A DNA stretch of 64,000 bases from an uncultured Kiritimatiellota bacterium (GCA_944389565.1 CALXMV010000001.1:51924-115923); one strand, 5' to 3'; numbered from the stretch's first letter, positions 30,601 to 38,734 are shown. Translations and numbers: made by a program. The notes: generated from the sequence alone by a model not told the origin.

Positions 30601-32682
30601 GGCGAGGGCAGCGGGGAGGCCGCGCCCAAGCGCCTGGAGAACCTGATCTCCGACGGCGCGGAGACGCGCGAGCTCCTCCTCCGCCCCGACGCGGCCTACA
30701 CGGTGACGCTCCGGCACCTCTCCTCGAAGGCCGCGGAGGCCGACCACGACTACACGCTCACCGTCCGCTGCCCGGTCGTCGCCGCGGGCACGCAGGTCGT
30801 CATCGAGGATCCGGAGTCCCTGCTCGGCACGTATGCCACGGGCGGCTCCGCCACGCCCGACACCTACACGGGCAAGGCCGTCACGCTCTATTGCCTCACG
30901 CCGACCCTGACCCCGGATCATGACCGCGACCTCACGTTCGGCCCCATCGACGAGGCGTACGTCGCGGCGGGCACCCCCCTGCCGGTGTGGGTCAATTCGG
31001 ATCATGACCATGAGGACCCCGAGGGCGTCAACGACGGTTCGGAGGCCTCGCAACCCCTGCCCGACAACTTCATTGAGGGGATCCTTTCAGGCGCCTTCGA
31101 TTGCGACGACCTAACCGTGAACGGGCAGTCCGACCTGGAGGACTTCTTCCCCGTGCGCCTGCGGTTGGGCGCGGCGCTGACGGCTTTCCTGGCGGCACAC
31201 CCGCAGGCCACCGCGCACTTGGAGACCGGCCCATGGGAGGGGGCGCTGCACGCGTTGTGGTGCCATGACGGCACGGAATCCGTCCAACGCTTCTTCGACG
31301 CGTCCGCGGGTGGCGGCCGCTACGGCGAGGAAGGGCGGGAGGCCCGTTGGGAGGCGGAGGTCGCCGAGCTGACGGACGGGCTGTTCGGGGACAGGACGCG
31401 CATCCCCCCGCAGGTGCTCGCCACCGCCCAGGCCTCGGAGCGCGGCGACGTGCCGCTCTTCGTCGAGGCGTGCGCCGAGGGCACGCTGACGCTCCGCCTG
31501 CGCGTGCGGGAGGAGTCGGTGGAGGCGCTGGGCGAGGAGGGGAGGATCCTGACGGAATGCGCCTTCGACAGCCGTTTCGTCGAGGCGTGCTATGCCGTGC
31601 TGAATCTGCGCGAGGACACGCCGCAACGTGTCGACCCCGCCGTCGAACGCGCTGAAAAGCCCGACGTGACCGTCTGCCTCGTGCATGGGTACAACGTCTC
31701 GGAGACCGACGCGGCCGAGTGGTTCAACGCCGTCTACAAGCGCCTCTGGCGCTCCGGCTCGACAGCCCGCTTCTGCGGCGTCGTCTGGCGCGGCGACGAC
31801 CAAGGCGTCATCCTGCCGGATTACTATCGGAACGTCGCGAACGCCTTCGATGCCGCGGGGGCGTTCGCCACGGCGCTGGATGCGATCCCCGGGCGCAAGG
31901 TCGTCCTGGCGCACAGCCTCGGCAATATGCTCGTCTCCGCCGCGCTGCAGGATCACGACGCCCCCATCGACGCCTACTTCATGCTCAATTCCGCCGTCCC
32001 CGCCGAAGCCTACGACCCCGCACCGTCCTCCCCGGGCTTCTCCGTCGCCGGCGTCCCCGCCGGCCTCATCCACGATGCGTGGCGCAACTATGACCCCAGG
32101 AGTTGGTCCGCGCTCTGGCATCGGCATTTCCTCCCGCATGAGGGCTTCGCGCCGACCGCCGCCGACGCCGCCCGCGCCACCCTCACCTGGAAGGGCCGCT
32201 TCGAGGACGTGCTCACCGGCCGGGGCGCGAAGGTCTTCCACGTCTACTCGCGCGGCGCGGGCGAGACGAGCGGCGACGAGGTCTTCGAGCTCCTGGGCAC
32301 GACCCCCTCCCCGCTGAGCGGTTTCGACTGGACCGACCTCAAGACCAAAGGCCGTCACGCGTGGCAGAAGCAGGAATGCTGGAAAGGCCGCCGCGAGGCA
32401 AGCGCCCTCGCCCTCGCGGCCTCCGAGGAGATGGGATGGGGCTTCGATGGTGCCGCCGCCGACGTCTCCGCGGAAGCCTCCGCCTCGTTGGGCGAGGCCG
32501 CCTACCGCCAAGCACCCCTCTTCTGCCGCCAGCCCCCCGAAATCCTCGGCGACGACCCCAACGCCATCCTCGACCTCCGCAACACCCTCCTCGCCCGCGC
32601 CATCCCCGCACTCTCCAACGCCGCCGGAAAAACGGATCTTCCAGGCCTTGCTGAGGGCGATCAATTCGACTGTCAAACCTAG
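27601..32682 (+). CDS. Giant secreted Ca-binding protein with multiple thrombospondin type-3-like (DxDxDGxxDxxE) repeats, two ~280-aa repeated modules, and a C-terminal alpha/beta-hydrolase (lipase/esterase-like) domain
   Basis: It has the signal peptide MRLWRTGRLLTWAMAFAVVGGARG. TSP3-like repeats include DTDGDGLPDGWE, DPDGDGIANRLE and DSDGDGLGD. The module ...IQVI(L/I)...GIEVRYTTLQGG occurs twice. The C-terminus has VCLVHGY (oxyanion HG) and VVLAHSLGNML (GxSxG nucleophile elbow). The start could alternatively be 27592 or 27574. Confidence 0.75.
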   Translation: MRLWRTGRLLTWAMAFAVVGGARGVGLAPGVCPTNLTWAVEAYAGADWGAWEARVAADAEGLAAVAREIPPTPPGMVTYIEQTAEELPEALAACTNAAPSVLVGGVRAWDFRVAERVAADGARAFLTFAGETVFHAQGVPADFDAEAWALAAYTEDGRLPETVAGDAARREEWFAMRGRERLGLAYTFVERGRLEDYVAAREAEAAAREEAWEEEGAAGAWGFGVREMEVGAGEMAFGFCDPAGSDLYVLGRKSLEAWDDWALIGKVEAEGRRWVAFGLPMDMHFWKFLDASLDSDGDGIADGLEVGWFGTDPLRADTAGSLIDDWRKIYVYGMDARVADTDGDGLPDGWELLNGLDPYAADAEGDPDGDGIANRLELAYGTDPQRADSDGDGLGDREETGWAEVTHGVGPVAAGTGRVALAEGVAVGLPSQMRLGGRAYARVEASRSGVVRLLGEFPIAIRVFPEGMAWPEAFRAGIFAWEAEEGFVIAFENVGLPGEPATTLGRAQVILRADSGGVEVRYTTLQGGLAALTGVGARRPDGRFGELLDPGTVTLGDCVTYRFGAGSDPTLPDTDGDGVEDGAEVAAGRSAPGPDDDFDGLPDRWERRFGLDPLSASGADGAAGDPDGDGLPNLREHALGTDPTAVDSDGDGLGDAAEVGAVTRRTHVAPMDTSAGRVVAVYDREATAGYVFFDLPFPVRVGGADYPRVGLNIDGVLTFVPAGETAVRFPSARRALGETPLDTRYPSLALYWADLMVAEAFRSELRVVEMPGETVVVECLNLAKQGGFAFLAWPEPATSLARIQVIIPRDADAAGIEVRYTTLQGGFDGAEATLGAQFGTQAIDLAHNLLGAVAIGDAITYHPGTGTDPARADTDGDGLGDAAELRLGLDPKNPDLDGDGLADGWEVAWGLDPHVPDDHAADWDGDGISNYVEAQWGTNPRAADSDGDGVGDAAEIAQGSDPADASDGGMAGRYVKVALTFGDPSASASEKYAVEVCQTVGEGSGEAAPKRLENLISDGAETRELLLRPDAAYTVTLRHLSSKAAEADHDYTLTVRCPVVAAGTQVVIEDPESLLGTYATGGSATPDTYTGKAVTLYCLTPTLTPDHDRDLTFGPIDEAYVAAGTPLPVWVNSDHDHEDPEGVNDGSEASQPLPDNFIEGILSGAFDCDDLTVNGQSDLEDFFPVRLRLGAALTAFLAAHPQATAHLETGPWEGALHALWCHDGTESVQRFFDASAGGGRYGEEGREARWEAEVAELTDGLFGDRTRIPPQVLATAQASERGDVPLFVEACAEGTLTLRLRVREESVEALGEEGRILTECAFDSRFVEACYAVLNLREDTPQRVDPAVERAEKPDVTVCLVHGYNVSETDAAEWFNAVYKRLWRSGSTARFCGVVWRGDDQGVILPDYYRNVANAFDAAGAFATALDAIPGRKVVLAHSLGNMLVSAALQDHDAPIDAYFMLNSAVPAEAYDPAPSSPGFSVAGVPAGLIHDAWRNYDPRSWSALWHRHFLPHEGFAPTAADAARATLTWKGRFEDVLTGRGAKVFHVYSRGAGETSGDEVFELLGTTPSPLSGFDWTDLKTKGRHAWQKQECWKGRREASALALAASEEMGWGFDGAAADVSAEASASLGEAAYRQAPLFCRQPPEILGDDPNAILDLRNTLLARAIPALSNAAGKTDLPGLAEGDQFDCQT

Positions 32683-32822
32683 ATTGTGAATGATGCGAAG
32701 CGTCCGTGGGTTCAGCGTTCAGGAGAGTTGAAAGAGCGATGGCTACATTCAGATGTGAAGGATGTGGCTTATCCATTAACGCTCCCACTTTTTCAGTTCA
32801 TGATTCAGAAAGGAAAGTTGAA

Positions 32823-33941
32823 ATGAGAATGTTTGTGGCTTGCCTCTCGCTGTCGGTAGCCGTGGTACTTTACGCGGAGACGCCTTATGAGCGTAATGAA
32901 CGTTATCAAGGTGCGCAGGCAACCCTTCAATTGACCGTTCGGGATGACCGAGGGGAGCCCGTTGAGGATGCTCGTGTGGAGGCTTCTTTTTGGAACCCGT
33001 TTCAGAATCCGACACGTGTGCAAATTGGCCATACCGATGATGCCGGGACAGTCTCTTTTACGGGAGAGGGTTACTCGGACACGCATTATTATGTTGGAAA
33101 AGATGGATATTATGGAAGTCGCGGAAGGGCGGTGCTCGAAAAACCTGACAAGGACCCCGAGCATTTTTGGGAACGGCTCAGGTGGGAGCCGGTGATTCGT
33201 GACATTACGCTCAAGAAAAAGCGGAATCCCATCGAAGGATTCTTGCATATAGGCATCGAACTCAAAACACCGGCGCTCAATCGTCCCGTGTGGTTTGACC
33301 TTGAGGCCTTCGATTGGTTGCCTCCTTATGGCGAGGGGGTTCACCGTGATGTCGCCATAACCTTGCAGACCGCACGCGTGCAAATAAGGGGGTATGAAGC
33401 CGACAGAATCGCCAAGGCGTGTTTTGCTTTTCCCAATCCGCATGATGGCGCACAGCGTTGCGATGCGGATATCCAATCCTATCACGAAGTGGGATATCAT
33501 GTGAATACGGCCAAGCCATTCGTCAACCCCATGATTCTTGAGGCAGATTTTACGAGAAGTCACGACAAATTTCTTCCTTACACAAGCTATCTGACATTTC
33601 GTGTCAGAAGCAAATGCGATGAGAATGGGAACCTCGTCTCCGCACAGTATGGCTTCATGTATCGCTTTTCGGTTACGGAGGAATGCTTCACAGCCTCTCT
33701 GCTTTTCCTCAATCCCACGCCGAATGACACGAACATCGAATACGATCTCAAGCGGAGCCTGGCGAAATCGGATGCCGATCGCAAGTGGGAGGCTAGGCAG
33801 AAATGTCTTGAGAAACGGTTTGAGGAGGAGCGGAAAATGCTGGAGGAGATGGGTGTGGAGAACTTCATCAGGGCGATACGGGCGAAACGGAGCGGCGCTT
33901 CCGGCACGCCCAAGCAGGAAGCGAAGGGAGCGGCGGAATGA
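32823..33941 (+). CDS. Secreted paralog 1 of a three-member tandem family (signal peptide, N-terminal transthyretin/CarbopepD_reg-like beta-sandwich, variable middle, conserved charged C-terminal tail)
   Basis: It starts MRMFVACLSLSVAVVLYA/ETPY and carries an aaaggaaag RBS. It is low in GC (about 50-55%). The N-terminal ~150 aa are identical to paralog 3 and the C-terminal ~70 aa are shared by all three. Confidence 0.7.
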   Translation: MRMFVACLSLSVAVVLYAETPYERNERYQGAQATLQLTVRDDRGEPVEDARVEASFWNPFQNPTRVQIGHTDDAGTVSFTGEGYSDTHYYVGKDGYYGSRGRAVLEKPDKDPEHFWERLRWEPVIRDITLKKKRNPIEGFLHIGIELKTPALNRPVWFDLEAFDWLPPYGEGVHRDVAITLQTARVQIRGYEADRIAKACFAFPNPHDGAQRCDADIQSYHEVGYHVNTAKPFVNPMILEADFTRSHDKFLPYTSYLTFRVRSKCDENGNLVSAQYGFMYRFSVTEECFTASLLFLNPTPNDTNIEYDLKRSLAKSDADRKWEARQKCLEKRFEEERKMLEEMGVENFIRAIRAKRSGASGTPKQEAKGAAE

Positions 33942-35035
33942 GAACGTTTGTGGCTTGCCTCTCGCTGTCGGTGGCCGTTTCCCTTTACGCGGAGACGCCT
34001 TATGAGCGTAATGAACGTTATCAAGGTGCGCAGGCAACCCTCCAGCTGACGGTGCGTGACGACCGAGGGGTGCCAGTGGAAGGGGCCTATGTGCAAGCGC
34101 ATTTTTGGCAGCCGACCTCGGATGCGGCCGCTGTAGGCGCATACACCGACGAAAAAGGGTACGCGAACGTCGTGGGTAATGGGTATACAGATGTCCGATA
34201 TTCTGTGAGCAAAGATGGGTATTACAGGACTCGCGGGAGTGCGCGATTGTCGCTTCCCGAAAATGATCCAACGCCTTTTTGGAAAGATTATCAGTGGGCA
34301 CCCATCATAAGAGAAACCGTGATTAGGAAAGTCCGCCGCCCGGTCTCTGGGGTGCTTCATCTTGGCGAATGGCTGTCGCCTCCCCAGACAGATGTGCCTA
34401 TCGGGTTGGATTTGCAACTTATGGATTGGATGCCGCCCCACGGTCGGGGAAGCCATTGTGATGTCGTGGTCAAGTTTGTGACGCGGACACTGCGTGACAA
34501 TGGGCACGCATGGGAGGTTGTCGATTCAATCGCATTGGAGTTCCCTAATGAGCACGATGGTGTTTTGCTTTGTGATGCGGCACCCTATTCGGCATTCATC
34601 ACTCCCTATCATGTTCCTGAGAACGGAGATTTCGTGGCGTGTTACAGACTGACAGCATCGGAGAAGGAGGGAACCTTTTTTCTGCCAGATACGCAAACAC
34701 TCCTTTTCCGGATTCGGAGCAAAGAGGGTGCAGGCGGTGCAATCGTCTCTGCTCATTATGGCTCAATTTTTCGTTGTGTCATGACGGGTGGAATGGTTTC
34801 CATGGATGTTTTCCTCAATCCCACGCCGAATGACACGAACATCGAATACGACCCCAAGCGGAGTCTGGCGAAGTCGTATGCCGACCGCAGGTGGGAGGCC
34901 ACGCAGAAGCGTCTTGAGGAGGAGCGGAAAATGCTTGAGGAGATGGGCGTGGAGAACTTCATCAGGGCGGTGCGGGCGAAACGGAGCGGCGCTTCCGGCA
35001 CGCCCAAGCAGGAAGCGAAGGGAGCGGCGCAATGA
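33938..35035 (+). CDS. Secreted paralog 2 of the tandem family (divergent after residue ~45, conserved C-terminal tail)
   Basis: It starts MRTFVACLSLSVAVSLYAETPYERNERYQGAQATLQLTVRDDRG and ends ...FLNPTPNDTNIEYDPKRSLAKSYADRRWEATQKRLEEERKMLEEMGVENFIRAVRAKRSGASGTPKQEAKGAAQ. Its start has an ATGA overlap with paralog 1. Confidence 0.7.
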   Translation: MRTFVACLSLSVAVSLYAETPYERNERYQGAQATLQLTVRDDRGVPVEGAYVQAHFWQPTSDAAAVGAYTDEKGYANVVGNGYTDVRYSVSKDGYYRTRGSARLSLPENDPTPFWKDYQWAPIIRETVIRKVRRPVSGVLHLGEWLSPPQTDVPIGLDLQLMDWMPPHGRGSHCDVVVKFVTRTLRDNGHAWEVVDSIALEFPNEHDGVLLCDAAPYSAFITPYHVPENGDFVACYRLTASEKEGTFFLPDTQTLLFRIRSKEGAGGAIVSAHYGSIFRCVMTGGMVSMDVFLNPTPNDTNIEYDPKRSLAKSYADRRWEATQKRLEEERKMLEEMGVENFIRAVRAKRSGASGTPKQEAKGAAQ

Positions 35036-36138
35036 GAACGTTTGTGGCTTGCCTCTCGCTGTCGGTAGCAGTGTCCCTTTACGCGGAGACGCCTTATGAG
35101 CGTAATGAACGCTATCAAGGCGCGCAGGCGACCCTGCAATTGACCGTTCGGGATGACCGAGGGGAGCCCGTTGAGGATGCTCGTGTGGAGGCTTCTTTTT
35201 GGAACCCGTTTCAGAATCCGACACGTGTGCAAATTGGCCATACCGATGATGCCGGGACAGTCTCTTTTACGGGAGAGGGTTACTCGGACACGCATTATTA
35301 TGTTGGAAAAGATGGATATTATGGAAGTCGCGGAAGGGCGGTGCTCGAAAAACCTGACAAGGACCCCGTGCATTTTTGGGAACGGCTCAGGTGGGAGCCG
35401 GTAATCCGTGATGTCACGCTCAAAAAAATACGACACCCAATATCAGGGTTTTTGCATCACAATATTCCACTCACACCTCCTTGTCTCAATCAACCAATAG
35501 GATTGGATTTTGAGCGTTGGGACTGGTTGCCGCCTTATGGGATGGGGAAGCATGAAGATGTCAAAATCACGTTCGAGGCACAACGCGTCGTCCAACCCAA
35601 CTTTTCTAAAGACTTGGTTATTGCCATCCATTTCGCGTTTCCCAATCCAAATGATGGTATGCAAATCTGCCCTGCGGATACTTTTTCAACTTTCGTTCCC
35701 ACTTATCACGTTGATGCCCAAAAACCATTTATGAATACTGTTTCTTTTTATCGGCAAAAACCTTCAGAACAATATCAGTTTCTGGCTCACACCTCTTATC
35801 TGGCTTTTCGGGTTCGTAGTCAGAAAGGTGATGCGGGGATGTTCGTGGCGCATTATGGATTTATATATCAACTTCTTGATATCTCAGATCAAGAGTTTTG
35901 CCCGACTATTGTCTTTTTCAATCCCACGCCGAATGACACGAACATCGAATACGACCCCAAGCGGAGTCTGGCGAAGTCGTATGCCGACCGCAGGTGGGAG
36001 GCCACGCAGAAGCGTCTTGAGGAGGAGCGGAAAATGCTGGAGGAGATCGGCGTGGAGAACTTCATCAGGGCGATACGGGCGAAACGGAGCGGCGCTTCCG
36101 GCACGCCCAAGCAGGAAGCGAAGGGAGCGGCGGAATGA
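35032..36138 (+). CDS. Secreted paralog 3 of the tandem family (N-terminus identical to paralog 1, unique very low-GC middle, conserved C-terminal tail)
   Basis: It has ATGA overlaps with paralog 2 upstream and with the small protein downstream. The middle region is about 43-48% GC. Confidence 0.7.
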   Translation: MRTFVACLSLSVAVSLYAETPYERNERYQGAQATLQLTVRDDRGEPVEDARVEASFWNPFQNPTRVQIGHTDDAGTVSFTGEGYSDTHYYVGKDGYYGSRGRAVLEKPDKDPVHFWERLRWEPVIRDVTLKKIRHPISGFLHHNIPLTPPCLNQPIGLDFERWDWLPPYGMGKHEDVKITFEAQRVVQPNFSKDLVIAIHFAFPNPNDGMQICPADTFSTFVPTYHVDAQKPFMNTVSFYRQKPSEQYQFLAHTSYLAFRVRSQKGDAGMFVAHYGFIYQLLDISDQEFCPTIVFFNPTPNDTNIEYDPKRSLAKSYADRRWEATQKRLEEERKMLEEIGVENFIRAIRAKRSGASGTPKQEAKGAAE

Positions 36139-36650
36139 GGGCGATGTTGGTTTTTGCCATGATGTTGGGGGTGGCGTGGTGCGCGTGGGGCGGGCTCGTG
36201 CCACGATTGCTGATCTTGGAGGCGGCGAGCGTGAAGGGGCAGGACCCGACGGCCCCGTGGACCGTTTACGGGACGTACCCGGCGGGGACGGTGGTGACGG
36301 GGAGCAAGCATTGCGAGGGGGCGGAGGGGACGGTCTGGAAGTTCGGCGTGTATGACTATCTGGGGATCACGCAGAACGTGACCTTCGCGTTGCGCTTCAA
36401 GGGGATGGATTGGACGGGGGAGGTGGGGAGCGCCAAGGTGGAGGGGATCTTCCGCCCGTACACGGACGGGGCCGTGACGTGCACGCTCGCGACGGTCTAT
36501 CAGGTGCGGGACGCCTTCTCGGCGCCCGACCGCGCGCCGACCTCCTATCCCGACGCGGCGATCCTGGAATGGAAGTTCCTCATTTTCTGGGAATGGGAGG
36601 GCGAGCCCGATGGCTCGTCGGGCGCGCTTTCGCCGGTTTCCGAAAAATAG
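36135..36650 (+). CDS. Small secreted protein of unknown function, high GC, translationally coupled to the paralog array
   Basis: It starts MRAMLVFAMMLGVAWCAWGG (signal peptide) and is 171 aa. Its ATGA overlaps the stop codon of paralog 3. Confidence 0.55.
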   Translation: MRAMLVFAMMLGVAWCAWGGLVPRLLILEAASVKGQDPTAPWTVYGTYPAGTVVTGSKHCEGAEGTVWKFGVYDYLGITQNVTFALRFKGMDWTGEVGSAKVEGIFRPYTDGAVTCTLATVYQVRDAFSAPDRAPTSYPDAAILEWKFLIFWEWEGEPDGSSGALSPVSEK

Positions 36651-36745
36651 GGCTTGCCACGGCGGGGGGCGCTTTGCTAGGATATGCATTGTGCGAAGGC
36701 GGATAGGCTGTCTGCGCGCAGACATGAGACCCAAGGAGTACTGAC

Positions 36746-37501
36746 ATGAAGGCAAAACGCAACCAAGGCTTCACGCTGATCGAGCTGCTCGTCGTGATTG
36801 TGATCATCGGCATTCTCGCAGGCTCGCTCTTCGGCCCCGTCACCAACGCCTTGCAATCCGCCCAGCGTTCGGGCATGATGCAGCGTGGCATCCAGATCGT
36901 CCGCGCCATCAACTCCGCCGATATGTCCGGCCGTTACGAGAGCCTTGCGTGGCCGGCCGACGAGAATCAGGACCTCAAGCCCTCCGAGTCCCTCACCGGG
37001 CCGGATATGTACCAGAACTTCACCTCCACCGCCGCCTACTTCCAGGAGGCCCTGTATGTGACGGAGTCCGACGTCAACCGCCGCAACCGCCTGAAGGTGC
37101 TCAAGGACATCGAGCCCTCCACGCTCGTCGCCCCCGGCGTCACCGCCGCCGCCGGCAACACCATCAACGACAACAACTGCGCGTGGGTCATCGCCAAGAA
37201 CACCCGCAACGCGCCGGCCAAGACCCCCGTCCTGGTCTCCCGTAACATCAACTGCTCCACCCTGGCCAGCACCGCCGGCAACGACACCTCCGCCGACGCC
37301 GAGACCCTCCTGACCACCGCCCAGCCCTTCGGCCAGAACGGTTGCGTGCTGATTTACAAGGACAACTCCGGCAAGGACTTCGATGCCGGCAACGTCTACG
37401 CCAAGGCGATGATCTTCGAGGCCGTCGGCTCCGACAACCTCACCAGCATCGAGCAGGGCGACGACGCGTTCGAGTTCCTCCAGAGCGGCTCCAGCAACTA
37501 A
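36746..37501 (+). CDS. Prepilin-type N-terminal cleavage/methylation domain protein (type II secretion pseudopilin-like)
   Basis: MKAKRNQGFTLIELLVVIVIIGILAG is the class III signal peptide with G/F cleavage motif and conserved Glu+5. An aaggag RBS is present. Confidence 0.8.
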   Translation: MKAKRNQGFTLIELLVVIVIIGILAGSLFGPVTNALQSAQRSGMMQRGIQIVRAINSADMSGRYESLAWPADENQDLKPSESLTGPDMYQNFTSTAAYFQEALYVTESDVNRRNRLKVLKDIEPSTLVAPGVTAAAGNTINDNNCAWVIAKNTRNAPAKTPVLVSRNINCSTLASTAGNDTSADAETLLTTAQPFGQNGCVLIYKDNSGKDFDAGNVYAKAMIFEAVGSDNLTSIEQGDDAFEFLQSGSSN

Positions 37502-37526
37502 GCATGCCGTCCATCACCTTCGCGAG

Positions 37527-37555
37527 GGCGGGGCGCCATGGCGCCCCGCCTTTTC
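37527..37555 (+). terminator. Rho-independent terminator after the pseudopilin-like gene
   Basis: GGCGGGGCGCCatgGCGCCCCGCCtttt is seen directly. Confidence 0.7.
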
Positions 37556-37666
37556 CTCGCGTCGGCGCCTCGCGGGTGGGGGCGCGAATTGCCTTTTCGT
37601 GGCTTTTTCGGTATCATTCTTGGGTTTTTGGGGCGCGTGCGGCCCCATCGGAAAGGGTTCGCTTTT

Positions 37667-38725
37667 ATGGTAAAGGTGAAGATTGTCGGGGCCACGGGCT
37701 ATGGTGGCATTGGGCTGATCGAGTTGCTGACGCAGCACCCGGAGGCCGAGATCACGGCCTTGGTGGCGCGGGAGGACGTGGGGCGGCGCGTCTCGGAGGT
37801 CTACCCGCATTTGGAGGGCTTCTGCGACCTGCCGATCCTGGACGCCGCCGACCCGCGCGCGGCGGAGGCCCCGGCGGACGTGACGGTCTTCGCGACGCCC
37901 GACCGCGTGGGGATGTTCGAGGCGGGGGCGGCCCTGGCGCGTGGCTCGAAGGTGTTGGATTTCTCGGGGGATTTCCGCTTCACGACGGCGGAGGCCTATG
38001 CCGATTACGCCACGCGCCATGGGAAGGACCCCCGGCATGGCGCGCCGGAATTGCTGGGGCGGAACGCCTACGGCCTGGCGGAGCTCCATCGCGCGGAGAT
38101 CCGCTCCGCGCCGGTGGTGGGCAACCCGGGATGCTTCGCGTGCAGCTGCATCCTGGGGCTCGCGCCGGCGGCGAAGGCCGCGCTCTTCGACCCGGCGAGC
38201 GTGATCTGCGATTGCAAGACGGGCGTCTCGGGCGCGGGCAAGAAACTGGCCGCCACGCACCACTTCCCCGCGCGCCATGAGAACATGAACGCCTACAAGC
38301 TGGCCGGCCATCAGCACGTCTGCGAGGTGGAGCGCGAGCTCTCCCTGCAGTTCGGCGAGACGGTCCGCCTGACCTTCACGGCGCAGGTGGTGCCGCTCTG
38401 CCGCGGCATCATGAGCACGCTCTACGCGCAGCTCAAGGCGCCGCTCACGGAGGCCGACGCGGTGGCCCTCTACAAGGCGTTCTACAAGGACTCGCCCTTC
38501 GTGCGGGTCTACGGTTCCACGGCGCCCATCGGCACGAGTTGCGTGGCGCGGACGAACTTCTGTGATCTGGTGGTGAGCGTGGACGCGCGGGTGAACCGCC
38601 TGCGGGTGGTCTCGTATATCGACAACCTGATGAAGGGACAGGCGGGATCCGCCCTGCAGAACATCAACCTGATGGCCGGCCTGCCCGAGACGATGGGGCT
38701 GATGCGCCCCGCGTCCTACCCCTGA
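37667..38725 (+). CDS. argC: N-acetyl-gamma-glutamyl-phosphate reductase
   Basis: MVKVKIVGATGYGGIGLIELLTQHPEAEITALVAR... and GNPGCFACSCILGLAP (catalytic Cys) identify it. The 43 codons of the ORF upstream of MVKV are probably not translated. Confidence 0.85.
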   Translation: MVKVKIVGATGYGGIGLIELLTQHPEAEITALVAREDVGRRVSEVYPHLEGFCDLPILDAADPRAAEAPADVTVFATPDRVGMFEAGAALARGSKVLDFSGDFRFTTAEAYADYATRHGKDPRHGAPELLGRNAYGLAELHRAEIRSAPVVGNPGCFACSCILGLAPAAKAALFDPASVICDCKTGVSGAGKKLAATHHFPARHENMNAYKLAGHQHVCEVERELSLQFGETVRLTFTAQVVPLCRGIMSTLYAQLKAPLTEADAVALYKAFYKDSPFVRVYGSTAPIGTSCVARTNFCDLVVSVDARVNRLRVVSYIDNLMKGQAGSALQNINLMAGLPETMGLMRPASYP

Positions 38726-38734
38726 GGAGCCCCC

